NCBI GenBank assembly: GCA_964234715.1
Contig: OZ174276.1
Strand: one strand, 5' to 3'
From: Podarcis melisellensis
Lineage: Eukaryota
DNA length: 64,000 nucleotides
The translations under genes were made by a program, and so were the position numbers. Below, piece by piece: positions 38,681 to 51,820 of this stretch. The notes below the pieces were generated by a model, which saw only the letters and a program-made list of their open reading frames with translations, was not told the DNA's origin and made no database searches. Numbering within the stretch: position 1 is the first letter of the stretch; each line of letters opens with the position of its first letter.

Positions 38681-41600
38681 TAACGTCAGGTATAATCCAA
38701 CCTGACTCCCTGCTGCAATAAGTCTTAAGCCTGATGCAACACAAGCACCACCATCTTTAATTTAAAAACATGCGCAGTTCATTGACAGTGAAATAGAAGG
38801 TGGATTTCAAAAGAGGACCCTCAGAGGACCCTCAAACCATAGGTCTGCATATCACTTTTCTAAGGTGTTGGTTGTTCTTGTCCACACACCTACTCCTCAG
38901 ATGTCTGGATAATAAGCTAAACTGGTAGGAAAGAGGAGTGAAATGACTATCTCAAATACTTAAAATTCAGGAAAGTTGCACACTTTCCCAACTTTAAATG
39001 AGAAAGTACCGTCTACTATTTCTACTAGAGGTCTGCTCCAGAAGAGTGTTCTCAACTGCTCTTAAATCTTGTTCATTAAAGTATTTATTAGGACTGTGCA
39101 CTGATTCGGTTCACACCAAATCTCGCACTTTGGAAATCAAGCGACCTAGGTTTGAGGGTGTTTCATAGGTTACCAAATTTATCTCACGTTCTGTCCAATC
39201 TACATCATCCTCTCCCCACAATTCACTATTGGCATTTTAAAAAATGTCTATACCCCCCTTTTATAGAAATGGATAAAATATGCAGGATAATAGCACTTCC
39301 AGAGTGGATAACAGTTGCCAAATTACAACCAAATAGGTCCAGTGGCCTTTGTGTTGATTCACTTAATTTCTTATTTTAAAAATAATTTTATTAATATTAT
39401 ATTGTTACACTTTGTAGCCAATACCGTTATACAGGTACATCAAACAAGCTTGCCTGTAAGGAAAATAAAATGAGTGAAACAAAAAGAGAAAAGAAAAAAA
39501 GAAAAAGGCTATAACTTTTTTTTTTTTAGGGAGTGGGGATAGAATTGGATGAAATTTGAAGGCAAGAGTGCCCCTTATTGGGGAATAACTCCTGCCAAAT
39601 TTCAGCAGGATAGATGCCCTGGTTTTTTGTTTTGGTTTGGGGTTTTGTTTTTTTTGCAAGGGCAGCTGGTTCAGTTTTAGGGTGACACAAAAAGAATCAC
39701 CCCATGCATTTTATGGGCAATTACTCAGAAAATTGCAAAGATGAGAGAGCTGCTCCTGAGTAAGAAACCTGGCAAATTTCAGGCCAAATAGGTCCAGGCC
39801 TTTTGTACTAGACACCTTTAAAGGTTTTTCTTTTGGATGGTAAGAACTAAAAGCAATTCACTTTCTGGGTAGAATAATTCACTCCAATTACAAGCTTGAC
39901 CCGTGAGTCATAATGGACTCTCTTTGCTCTCTCCTCACTCCAGTATTGGTTATATCTTAATCTATCACACCATTATGGCATAATGGCTTTGGGACATCAC
40001 TTTTGCTTCTAACAAATGTTTGTCTGCAGCATTTTTATTTTTAAAAAAATCTGGATTGCTGAGGGAAACACAAAGCCTTTCAGGGATCCCTGCTTTTGGT
40101 CTGCCTCTGGGGCACACCACTTCACTTTGGGATTCATCCAAATCCAGTGTACACCTCAGAGTATAAGAATAAGACTCTCTCTCGGCAGCTTCCATGACAA
40201 CACTGTAGATGCAACACAACACAACACAACACAACACAATACACATTAAAAAGCCAGCAAATAATAAAACAAATATCCAACCTACCCACTATTAATGTAA
40301 ACACAATCAAGACCAGCAACTGCAAGAAGCATAAGAAAAAGCCAGCATAAGAGGTGGGTTCTCAAATACTTCTCCATGACCTACAGTGACCTGGCAGAGG
40401 GAATTTCATCACACTTCTTCTCTGTAATGCTGAAGGTGGAGATGGAGAATGTTGGGAAAGAATTTGAAGGAATCTTGATGGCATCCTGTTCTGGGAGGAA
40501 ATTCACCAAGAAAGAGAAATATCAACGTAACTTGAGAGACAAAGAAAAATATCCTGCTTCTTAAAGAACAATACCCATTCCTCCTTGTGTTTCTTCATGC
40601 CTGGAATTCCAACTCTGAACAGCAAAACAATCATGTTTCTTTTATATCATTGCTCTAAATTTAATCTAAAATGTAGCCGATGTATAGCAACGTAGACTTC
40701 TCTCTCTCTTTCCCCCAGCTGAAAAGTTGGTGTACAGCATTTAAAAGACTTTTCTATTTTTTCTTATTAACTTAAAGGTAGGGTCAGAAATCAAGGCCAT
40801 CATGTCTCTATCAATAAAGGCTGATTCTGATGCATAGTAGTGACTCAATTTGGCTACAGGCAAGCGCATGGCTTAAAATGGTGCTTAAATGAGAGGCCTT
40901 GTGATCAAATATGACTTTTCTTTCTGTCAAGCAGGGATCAGTAAAATTCCTTTGTCCTGAACATCTGATAAGACAGCAATTACTGGACTTGTATTTGTGA
41001 ATGTTGCACACTCAGTCTTGAGCTAAAGTAATTGAGAGACTAAACAGCTTTGCTCCTGTCCCCAATGAAGCCAGGAAGATCGGCAGCAACTGAAATCTTA
41101 TTGCTGAAAGCTATGCTGTTTACAGTGCATGTGGCCTTCTGACATAGCTGGAAAAGGTTTCCCCCCATCACCATTTCATGCTTATAATAAATAAAACTAA
41201 TTGATAATAAATAAAACTAATTGAATATGCACATCCTGACCTAGATTACATACATTAGGATGAAAAATCAGCATAGAAAATATGTTTTGATTGGTGTATA
41301 TCTGAAATTAAATTCTTCACTTTGATATCTCCCCTTGCTTTCAAACACACACACCCAGCATCTTCTTCACTGATTATAGAGCCACATATTTGCAGGGCAG
41401 GGATCCCGTGTTCACCGCAGACTTCGGACTCAGCTATACAGCGGCAAAGAAAACGTTTTAAGTGTGTTGTAAAGTGCAATATACAAATGTGACAGTAGAT
41501 GGCGATAGTGAGCTATGGCAAATCCAATATATATTTTCAAAATGCTGTTTGTTTGTTTTTAAAGCATTTTCGCAGAGTTTTTTATATGTGTTAGATTCCA

Positions 41601-42566
41601 GCTTCTTTGAATATTCAAAACAAAATAGAAGCAGGTCTATTAGGACAGGTGAGCACTGGCCCACCAACCTCAGTCTGCTTTCAGTCAGACTCCACCTGCC
41701 TGCCTTCTTACAACCAGTTGGGGGCAGAACCTCCTGCCAGCTTCCTTCTTCTCCTTAGTTTCTATGTTGCCCTTGTAGAACACAGCAAGGAGGAGGGTGG
41801 GGACTAAACAAGAACTAGGATAGCTCTACCTGTCTGGCTTTGGACCAGCCTGCTGTTGGGCTCCCTTTTCCTGTTCTATCCAACAGGCACCAGTTGCCAC
41901 TGGTGATGGCCCTTGGAACACCTTACCAGGGACCAAAGGACTGCATCTTTAGTTGTTTTAATTCCTGACATCGTTATAGGCTTAACTACAGCATTTTGAA
42001 AGGTTTCTCTTGCAGTTCACAATATCACCCGTCACCTGCTCATCAAGCCGCAGCAATTCGAGCATCAAAAGGACAAGAGGTACTCTGATATCAGGAAAGC
42101 GAGTTCTAGATGGATATGCGGGTCAAACATTTTCAACAGGAAACATGTTGATATTTGACATCAGCAATTTCAAGGCTGTTTTTCATGCAGTGGAAACTTT
42201 ACTGGATTAGATAAAGATAAGGAAGCATTTGTCAGTTTTTACTCCAGGCACTCATTCTACTCCACAGTAGGCTGTATCTGACTGATGTCATCTAAATGGC
42301 CTACGATTGTAAATGCCATCCATCAAACTGATATAGTGGTTCAATGTGAAAAGTCCTCAAGAAGTGAATGCCTGGAAGAGCTGGGAATTTCATCATACGG
42401 CATGCTCCCTTCCTGGATCTAGTGTTCTAATTTTATTGCTTTTCTAGAAACATTTTCATGCTTTCATGGTCCTGTTTCCTGCACACACACCCATCATAGC
42501 TCAGATAAACTCCACCTGAACATGAGAGGCTAAATCAATGGAGAGAAGCGCACCTCCCTGTCTTAT

Positions 42567-42748
42567 CATAGGAACATAGAGACCTGCCTCGTTGAGAGTC
42601 AGGTTGTTGCTCAACCTAACATGGTATTATCTACTCTACACTGACTGGAAGGTTTTTAGGCAGGAATCTTTCCCAGTCCTACCTGAAGATGCTGGGGATT
42701 GGAATGGAAGTTTTTGCATTCAAAGCATGTGCTCTACCACTGAGCTAT
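42567..42748 (-). mobile_element. tRNA(Ala)-like-headed SINE with CR1-type tail
   Basis: Minus strand TAGCTCAGTGGTAGAGCACATGCTTTG...CAATCCCCAGCATC; tail CTATGTTCCTATG. Confidence 0.7.
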
Positions 42749-43036
42749 TGCATCGGGATTCATGATCACAGGATGGTTTTCAAGCAACAACCAACAATTA
42801 GAAGCCCTCTGCTGGCATTTTCTGTATTCTAAGCATCCATCGGTCTAAAGAAAAACCCACGGGCCTGGGGATGATGGGGATTTGGCTAGCATGAGGGCCT
42901 CTGCCCATGTCCCCCTTCTGAGTTCTTGTGTGTTCTGCAGAACACCTGAATGAGGCTAGTGATGTAGCATCACTATCTCTCTCTCCTGGTTTTTGTTGTT
43001 GTTCAAACAAGCTACTGTTTTTCCTCAGAGAAGGTT

Positions 43037-43452
43037 GAACATAAGAACATAAGAAGAACCTTCTGGATTGGGCTAATGCCCCTGCTAGTCCAGCTACCTT
43101 TTCTTACAGCAGCCAAACAGATGCCAGTAGGAAACCAGGAAGCAGGTTTCAAGCAGAAGAGCCTTCTTGCTTCCTGTGGCTTCCAGCGACTGTGACTTCC
43201 AGCTATTCAGAAGCATTACTGCCTCCCACTGTGGAGGCAGAACATAACCATTGTGGTCATCAATAGCCTTATCCTCCATGAATTTGTCTAATCCTCTTTT
43301 AAAGCCATCCAAGTTGGTGGCCATTACTGACTCTGTGGGAGCAGTACTTTCTGTTATCTGTCCAGAATCTTCCAACATCCAGTTTCTTTGGATCTCCACA
43401 AGTTCTAGGCTTATGAGAGAAGGGGGGGTAATATCCATCCACTTTCTCCACA
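43037..43452 (-). mobile_element. CR1 LINE 3' fragment
   Basis: (AACATAAG)2 tail; encodes VMATNLDGFKRGLDKFMEDKAI, the CR1 ORF2 C-terminus. Confidence 0.85.
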
Positions 43453-44079
43453 ATCCTCAGTGTGGTCCAATTGCTATTTTACCCAAGAAAATGAATTCCT
43501 TGGTGGGTAAAATAATTATTTTAGGGGGTGGCATATATTTTGAAAAATCCTCTTGAGAACTTCATGAGAAATTAAGGCAAATATATAATAGGACCATCCT
43601 AATAAAAGGAAAAGCAGACGACTTTGCTTGTATAAAAAGAAACATAAAAGTTATTTACGCTAGGACTTTGTTTAGGAACGGGATTTTTCAACTTTGCTTC
43701 AGCTGTACATGTTTTCCCCAAAACTAAAGTGCAGCCTGCAACTCAGTAAGTAACTATTCATGACTATTAAGGCAGCGAACTGTAAAACAGCAATTGCAAT
43801 ATCAGGAAAGAAAAGCATAGCTTTGTATAGTACGTTGCAAACCACTTTTTGCAGATCAATAGACAATGGACAAAACAATAAAACATTTACAAAATGAATT
43901 GTCTTTCCAAGACACTTCAGGGTCCTCGCTCAAAATTATATGACTATAAGATGTGTTTAGATTATAGTAATCTGCATACTTCTGGCATGTCATTGTTGGT
44001 AGTGCTGATGAATAGCTATATATTATACAGCTCTTAAGGCCAGCCAAATTGCTTTGGTTAACAAAGCATCCCAAACTTC

Positions 44080-45252
44080 AACCTTCAGTAAGGCTTTTGA
44101 CAAAGTCCCCCATGATATTCTTGCAGAGAAGCTGATAAAATGTGGGCTGGACCAGGCAACTGTTAGGTGAATTTGCTGCTGGTTGACTAATTGAACCCAA
44201 AGAGCAGGGCTGTCTTAAGCAGACGGAGGTTCCAGGCACAGCATGGCGGAGGCGGACGAGGGTGGTGAGCTGATGCCGGGAGGCACTGTGTCCAGCCTCT
44301 GCCTCTTCCCTGGCACCCACCAGAACCTGGTGCCCTGGCGCCCCATGCCACTAACCTCTATGGGTAAGATGCCCCTGCCAAAGAGTGCTCATTAATGGTT
44401 CTTTATCATCCTGAAAAAAAGAGACAAGTGGGTTGTCACGGGGTTCTGTCCTTGGCCCACTGTTCAATGTCTTTATCAATGACTTGGAGGAAGGAATTGA
44501 GGGGATACTCATGAAATTTGCAGATGACGCCAAGCTGAGAGGGATAGCTAATGCCACAGAAGACAGAATCAGGATTCAAGATGATTGAAAAATTGGGCCC
44601 AAACTAACAAATAGAATTTCAATAGTGACAAATGTAAGGTTCTACAACTTAGGTAGGAAGAACCAGCTGCAACAATATAAGATGGGGGAAACCTGGCTTG
44701 CCAGTAGTACATGTCAAATGGATCTAGGGGTCTTAGTAGACCACAAACTTCACAACCGAAGAAGAAGATTGACATGCTGGAATGAGTGCAGAGGAGAGTA
44801 ACCAAGATTATCAAGTGCCTGGAAAGCAAGACTTATGAGGGAGTTGGGTTTGTTTGTTTGTTTGTTTGTTATTTTTATTTATTAGATTTATATATTATAT
44901 CTTATCATAGATTTAGATCTTCATCACAAGATCTCAGGGTGGTTCACAGGATAAAAATACAAGGTAAAAGCACAAATAAATAGATAGTAACCCTCCTCCC
45001 ATAGACACATTATTTTATTTTATTTATTTTATTTAACTTATATACCACCTGGAAAAGAGGAGAGCAAGAGGAGCTAGCATAGCCATCTTAAAGGCTGTCA
45101 CGTGGAAGATAAATTTGTTTTTTCCTGCTCTGGAGGCTAGGACCCAAGTTACAAAAAAGAAGATTTTGACCTAATATCAAGAAGAATTGTCTAACAGTAA
45201 GAGCTTGGAGGTTTTTAAGCAGAGGCAAGGCTTGGATAATTCTATGATTCTA
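44080..45252 (+). mobile_element. CR1 LINE RT-region fragment interrupted by two insertions
   Basis: FSKAFDKVPHDIL, GSVLGP.LFNVFINDL and KFADD motifs; ATTCTATGATTCTAT tail; insertions at 44205-44377 and ~44850-45048. Confidence 0.88.
44205..44377. mobile_element. hAT (Tip100-like) MITE nested in CR1
   Basis: TIRs CAGGGCTGTCTTA / TAAGATGCCCCTG; perfect 8-bp TSD CCAAAGAG at 44197-44204 and 44378-44385. Confidence 0.88.
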
Positions 45253-46333
45253 TCCAAACCTCAAGTGAAATATAGAATAATACAATTCTGTTATACTTCT
45301 TGAAGCATTGGCATTTACTGTACGTATTCTTATGTAGGATTACAGGGACAAAAAGGAAGTAGGGGAACAATAATATTTGGGGATCAAATTAAACAGAGGT
45401 TAAGTTGACTTGCCTGTGTGGCACTGCATCAGCAGAACACCTTCCCCATTAAGCCCCAAAGCCCCCACCCAAATCTGCTCCACTTATGTCTGGCTAGGGT
45501 CCAAGCTATCATTGTCTTGATGATTCATATGAGTTAAACCTTAAGCAGATCACAAGAATAAGATCAGAAGTAGCATTATTACATACCACAAGTACTTACA
45601 GGTCACAAAAGGAAGCAAGTTTAATGCAGTAGTCTAGACACCGTTGTAAAGTGGAATAAAGAGGAAGGAGAACATACCAGCATCACATCCCTATAAATGC
45701 ATATCCCTCAGGACAGAAACAAACTTGGGATGAAACCAAACACAACCATGGCAGATTTTAACCAAATTCATTCCTCTGTTCCTGAGAAAATCCCCTCCTT
45801 ACCTATTTTAGGGCTTCGATTTCTTGCTTTTAATAACTGAGCTTTTATAATTAAGTGCGCTATTCAAGGTTTTATGGCACTGCAACTTTAATCATTTTAA
45901 AAAGCTTAAACCACATTAAAAAGTTTGACCACTATTGGCACTAAAGAAGGACGTTTTTACTGAACAAAGTCTGCAGTACATTGATGAACTACAGTAAAAT
46001 AGCTTCAAAGATCCCACCAATCTTAAATATCTTCTGTGTCTTCTCTTGTCTATCATCCTGCTGCAAAATATTACTCTCCCCAAGGATAAGACTCAGAAAA
46101 AGATTTAAATACAGGAAGTTTTAGCCTAGCCCCCAAAAGCCAACCCCATGAAAAAGTGTTTTGTGACATTTCCCAAAGATTTCCCAAGCACAGACTGTTC
46201 AATCCAGTCATTTTTGAGTAGGGAAAGACACATTTAAATCTGGATAATTACTGCCTGTCTGTGTAGAGAATACTGAACTAAATAGAGTAACATCCTCTGC
46301 ACCATGAGGTCAAACGTAGCTCTGTGATGATTA

Positions 46334-46720
46334 GGGATGGGGGACAAATTGGACTGAGCTTGCATCTAAGAGTGAACTCATCAAATTCGCACTTTCTGAA
46401 ACAATATTCAGACTTAACCATCTGAAAGAATTTCAGACTTAACCATCCTTCAAAAGCCACACATCTCTTAATTTTGCAGTGCAGCCTTCCAGACAAGTAA
46501 TGTGTGCAAAATTACATATGTGGGGGTATACTGTGCATATAAATGCATATATTAGTGCATAGTATTGGGGAAGATTGCCTTGCCCAAAAAATGTATATAT
46601 TAGGCAAGATTGCCTACAAAAATGTGTATATTAGAAGAAATGCTGACGAGTTTGCATGGCATGTGGAAACCTGAATTTAAGATTGGAAAAATGTTAAACG
46701 GAAACTGACAGATTACTCCC
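46334..46720 (+). mobile_element. Unclassified non-autonomous DNA-transposon-like element (TAGGGATG...CCCTA family)
   Basis: TA-GGGATG...CTCCC-TA; internal AAATG.ATATATTAG repeats; two homologues in the window. Confidence 0.65.
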
Positions 46721-48196
46721 TAATGGTGAGTAACATAAAGTAAGAAGACTAAACAGCTCAATTCTGCCATTTCTCATCTGCTGGAGAAAATAGCCTCTTT
46801 TCATGATGCTTCACCTAATCCAAAGGGCAATGAAGAAAGAACAAAAGTTATTGGCATTGTATGTTTCAGATGAATCTAACATAGCATTTATAAATGCACA
46901 TTCATGTAAAATGTAAAGTTATTCATGTCTCCAATCTGAGAATAAAAAGCAAGGCAAATAATTGACAAGGAAGTCTACAGGAACACGACTTTGCCACTGT
47001 GAAGAGAGGAAAAGCCACTTCCTATTTTTGTATGTGTGTGTGGGACAGCAACCTTTCAGTGAGTTTATCGACAGAAGAATAGGCCCAAGAGAGAGGAGCT
47101 CTCGGAAACAACTCCATGGAGCTGTCAAAAATATTATGAGATACAATCCAGACATTAAATCTCCATTGCTGAGAGATCTTATTTAATCAGTTTATGAACA
47201 GGGCATTTCTTGACAAGGGAGGCATGGGAATTCACAAGTGACAAAAAAGCAGCATAATTCATTTGTCTGGGTGGAGCCTGCCCTTTTCTTTATATCTGTA
47301 TTATTGTGCACTTGAGACTTCATACTCCTGCATTTTTCCTCCTGCTTCTCTCCCTCCCTCTCTCCATTTTTTCAAGACCAGTTAGTTTCCCTAGCAATTG
47401 TTCTTGATGTCACCTCAGTTGATAACAGCTACTTCTTTAGGTTGGCAAGGTCATTCATTATACCAGCCGTCTGAAACATTCCTAGATATTGCATGACATT
47501 CTGCACAGATTCCCACAACTAAATCCACTGGACTATTCCATAATAAAACAAGAATTTTAAGTTGTATCTGTGGCATAGACCCTGAACAAGAACATCTTTT
47601 GTCTCAGAATAGTTTATTCTAATGTCAGCACCCTCTCCTCCCACAAAACGTACCATCCATCTCAAGTAGCACAGATGCAGACTGCTAGCTCCACCATATC
47701 AAGGATATATGTTTTGATGGAGTCTGGCATGATATAAGCCCTCAAGTTCAATGGTGAGGAACCTTTGGTATGTGGGCCAAATTAGGCCTGACATGCCCAG
47801 CAGAACAGGGGGCAGAGGAGAAGGATGCTAGCCCAGACACTGGGATACTTATTTTCCCTGCCATTGAGACTAATAGGACAAACGTGAGTCAAAACCTTTT
47901 CTAAGGCTGTGGAAAGGAGGAAGAACGAAAAACATCAGCCCCGCCTTCCGCCCTACCAGAATGAGCTCAAAAATGGCTCTGAATTTGGCCATTCTGCCAC
48001 CTCAAATTCTCTCTTCCCTGATCTCACAGTAATGCACTGTCTGAGGCAAATTCTAATCAAACTGCCAAAATTTATCAATATTTTCCATAAAGCTTTTATT
48101 TCTTCTTCTTCTTCCTTTTCTCCCTTCTCCTCTTCTTTTTCTCCTTCTCCTTCCTCTAGTCTCTCCCTTATTGGACCCCACCTCCACATCAACAAC

Positions 48197-48270
48197 AGGA
48201 AGGAAGGAAGGAAGGAAGGAAGGAAGGAAGGAAGGAAGGAAGGAAGGAAGGAAGGAAGGAAGGAAGGAAG
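48197..48270. repeat. (GGAA)n microsatellite next to a CT-rich low-complexity tract
   Basis: Directly visible, about 18 units. Confidence 0.98.
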
Positions 48271-50548
48271 ACCAGCAGAACTTGGAAATGAAAGCTTTCC
48301 GGAACTGTGAAATGTGTTCCACAGGGAACTTGTATTTCTCAGAACCATCTTGGGATGATTTCCACAGTTTAAAAATAGCAGTGGTGAGGAAAAACCATCT
48401 GCAAGTGTGAAAAAAAAGAGGATTTTTTTTTTACTAGGTCAGGGAATTTAGAATCTGTGTGATCCCAGATGGAGTGGTGTCAATTTATAAAAATGAACAG
48501 AGCACAGTGCTATGGGGGGGGGGAGAGATTTGGCTCTAGTTATTTCTTTAGCCAACTTTAATAAAATTAAAGTTGGAAGAGGGTTGGTTATCAACATTAT
48601 ATTCTCCCCCCCCCTTAATGTCATTACACCGATACTGGGATGAGCACAACCATTATCTTCTGTCAGCACTGCTGTGTGCTGCCTCTGTTTACGGAGGAAA
48701 CCTGATCATCTCTTCCAAAAGCATCACTTCACAGGTCTTGTCCACACACAACAAATGGGCAGAATGCTTGAAATCTCTCTCTTCTATGCAACCAGGATGA
48801 GAAAATGGAAGTTTCTAAACACGTTTTTAACTGTTTTTAATAGTCAATTTTATTGTAAACCACTTAAATGCTGTTGTTGTTTTTAACACTCAGGCAGCAA
48901 ATAAGTAAAAATAAATAAACACGAAATCTTCTGGTTTCTTCCCTCAGAAACCTACAGAATGTAAGATAATATTTATTTATCATTTATTTTTATAGGCATA
49001 TTTATAAACCAACAAATTAGGAAAAAATATCATGGTTGTCTACAATGACATCATTAAAACACAGAACAGATGACCAATACTGAAAAGAAAGTCAAGTTAA
49101 AGGCACATCTTCCTTTTGTTTTTGAACAGTAAATGCCAAAAGAAAAACAGCTGAGACATCCGAGTCGTAAACTGTCATAGCCCAATCACTGAATTTACGT
49201 TTGCCAATAGCACAAAACCATCCATCAGAAATATGTCACATCCATTTTGTTCGCTGTCACAATGGACCGCAACACAGTGTCAGCTCCAGGTTTGCCTTAG
49301 GGCAACATGCCCTCAGCGGGGCACACCTTCTCCTCGCTGCTGTTCCTTCACTTGCCCTCTTCCTCTGGGCCTAATCTACACATCTGCCCAGAAGGAGGAA
49401 TCAAGGGCAGTGGACATTGCTGATTCTTCCCTTAACTCCTGTCATTGCTCACTTGCTCAGAGGGGAGAGGTGAATAGAGGAGCAACAGGAAATAGGAGGA
49501 GGAAAGGCCCAGTGGGCACCAGTGAATGGCAGTGGGCGCCTACTGGCAACACCAACAACCGACACTGGCCCCGCTGCAGTAGATCTGTGATGCAATGGAA
49601 TGCAAGCCAATAAAATTACTAGATACAAGCAATGCCTCATCGCAACTAGTTATGACAGGTAGACAGGCGTGATTTAAATTTCAAGTTTACAGCCTGTATC
49701 AGTGCTTCCAGTTAAAGACCCCTCAGGATTGATTCTTGCTAAGTAGAAGTGATAGTCTATAAACCAAAGTATGTGGGTTGAGGGGAAGAGTCACATTTGC
49801 AAAGGGCTTGGATTATTTTCGCTACCCACGGCCAGAGACAAACAGCCTTTTGACGATAAAGTCATGAATATCCTAAAGGATAAAGGATGGCACAGCCACA
49901 GCAGCCTCATTGTGGGCTGTCCAAAGTTATTGCAGTTGTCCTTTAGGTGGGGGGTGGGGGGTGGAAAAGAAAATGTGAACTGAAGATTGAAAAATGGGAG
50001 CAAAGAGAATGGGAAAGAATAACAAGGGGGAGAAAAGGGGGAATAGTGACAGAAAGTGTGAAAAGGCTTGTTTTGGAGGTTAACTGCAGTAGAAAACTAG
50101 GAGTCTTTTAGCTGAAAACACACAGAGAAACCACAGAATACATCCACTTGTTTTCCAAAACGTAAAGCATTAGATTGGGAGTCCTAGATTAAAATTCCAG
50201 TTAAGCCTTGATGCCTAATAGACAGTTTTCAGGAAGCGAGTTAATATCCCCATGTGCAAAAATCCTAGCGACCCTCCCACATATCTGCTGATTATAAATT
50301 TGAGATTACATACATTGAATATCAATTATTAGTAATAATAAGCAGAGCCTGTACTATTATTTCCTGATGAATTCCACCAAGTTGCTTCTTTCTTCCCCAT
50401 TTTTTATCAAAAAAACTGCCCCAATTTGTATTATTCATGTATTATAATTATTTATATCTCCCATTTCACGATACAAATCCTTCCAAGGCAGCTCACACAA
50501 GCAATGTCAAAATATATTTATAAAACCACAACAAACAATATCAAAACA

Positions 50549-50695
50549 CTATCTCAGTTGGTACAGCACAAGACTCTTAATCTCAGGGTTGTGTGTTCGA
50601 GCCCCATGTTGGGAAAAAGATTCCTGCATTGCAGGGGGTTGGACTAGATGACCCTCATGGTCCCTTCCATCTCTACAGTTCCATGATTCTATGAT
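50549..50695 (+). mobile_element. tRNA(Lys-CTT)-derived SINE with CR1 3' tail
   Basis: Head CTCAGTTGGTACAGCACAAGACTCTTAATCTCAGGGTTGTGTGTTCGAGCCCCATGTTGGG closely follows vertebrate tRNA-Lys(CTT); tail TTCCTGCATTGCAGGGGGTTGGACTAGATGACCCT...ATTCTATGAT. Confidence 0.85.
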
Positions 50696-51154
50696 ACAAA
50701 GTCATCTAATCCTTCCCACAGAGTAGTTGGTGGGAGATGGCCCAAGGCAGAGCCAGTACTTCTAGGTGCAACATGTACCTAGTGTAGCCTTTTCTTCCTT
50801 ATTTCTCTTTACCTTCCCACAGTGTGGCTGGTGACACTTGGCTCTGATTTGGGTTGTGGGGAACAGGGTAGTCCAAATGGAACTGGAGCAGGAGCCTGGC
50901 ATTGCTGTTCCCTGCCTGCTCGTCTGCCCAATCCCATCGTATCTGCTCTCAAAGACAAGAACAATCTATTCCCTCATATTATTTCAATATTTGCTGCACT
51001 GGTTTGTTTTCGTTCTTTTGTCATTCTCCCAGAAGGGCTCAAGTACATCGTCCAGGAGCACTCCAGGAATGACCTTTGTCACTGGAGGCCCAAGTGGCCT
51101 CAATGGCCTTATATCATCTTTGGCTGGTATGCCAATTATGACTGTTTCTACACA

Positions 51155-51820
51155 AAGATAGCCTGGCCACAGTGGTTCAGGTAATGGTAATCTGAAAATT
51201 GGATTACTGCAACATGCTTTATAAAGGGCTGCCCCAGGGGGTGGGGGTGGAGTCGAAATTGCAGCTGCTGCAGACTGCTGTGACCAGACTGCTGATGAGA
51301 GTGGCCTGCTGAAGGAACTGAATGTGTGCTATCTGAATTTTTGCACTGGCTGCCAATCAGGGGTGACAACTTGAATCAAATATTGTGGGGGCCCAGGTAA
51401 GCCCCGCCCCACATAATCGATCACATGATGCAGTGTGCGCACACCATTTGAATGCAAATGCCCATCAGTTTTCTGGGAGCCCCGTCCCCTCAGATATTTT
51501 ATTGTAGGAGTTGTCTCCTATGCTGCCAATATGCTAGCAAGCAAAGTTTCTGATTCTGCTAGTAGCATATAAAAAAACTTGGGACCAGGTTACTTGAGGA
51601 ACCAACCTGTCCATTACAGAAATGTCCAGTCAGTGCGACCATCTGAGGAAGAACTTTTAGTGGTACCACATGTTTCCAAGTGTCACCTCATGGTGACTTA
51701 GAGTAGGACTTTCACTGTAGCAGCACCTGCTATGTAGAACAACCTTCCTGCTGCAATAAGACATGTGTCAACAATATTAGAGTTTCAACATCTGGTTAAA
51801 CTGTTTCTATTTATGCAGGC
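51155..51820 (+). mobile_element. L2 LINE ORF2 C-terminal fragment, degenerate
   Basis: Decayed peptides SLATVV...KLDYCN.LY.GLP, LQLLQ, LHWLPI and GPGYL typical of L2 ORF2. Confidence 0.75.
51358..51522. mobile_element. hAT-type MITE nested in L2
   Basis: Imperfect TIRs CAGGGGTGACAACT / AGTTGTCTCCTATG; 8-bp TSD CTGCCAAT at 51350-51357 and 51523-51530. Confidence 0.8.

Noticed and set aside
42015-42079. Possible plus-strand exon after TTTCTCTTGCAG (HNITRHLLIKPQQFEHQKDK)
   Set aside because: Weak donor, no recognisable homology, no neighbouring exons.
47909-48410. Several 79-133 aa ORFs
   Set aside because: Artefacts of the (GGAA)n microsatellite and CT-rich tract; the same applies to ORFs over (CA)n at 1967-2201 and (AAT)n at 15936-16133.
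50549-50615. Functional tRNA-Lys gene (likewise tRNA-Ile at 14908 and tRNA-Ala at 4890 and 42690)
   Set aside because: Acceptor stems incomplete, several stem mismatches, and each runs into a LINE-derived tail, so these are SINE heads.
50822-51184. 120-aa ORF after a strong polypyrimidine/AG acceptor, ending near CAG|GTAATG
   Set aside because: No recognisable protein; the apparent donor lies inside a decayed L2 ORF2 fragment; no partner exons found.
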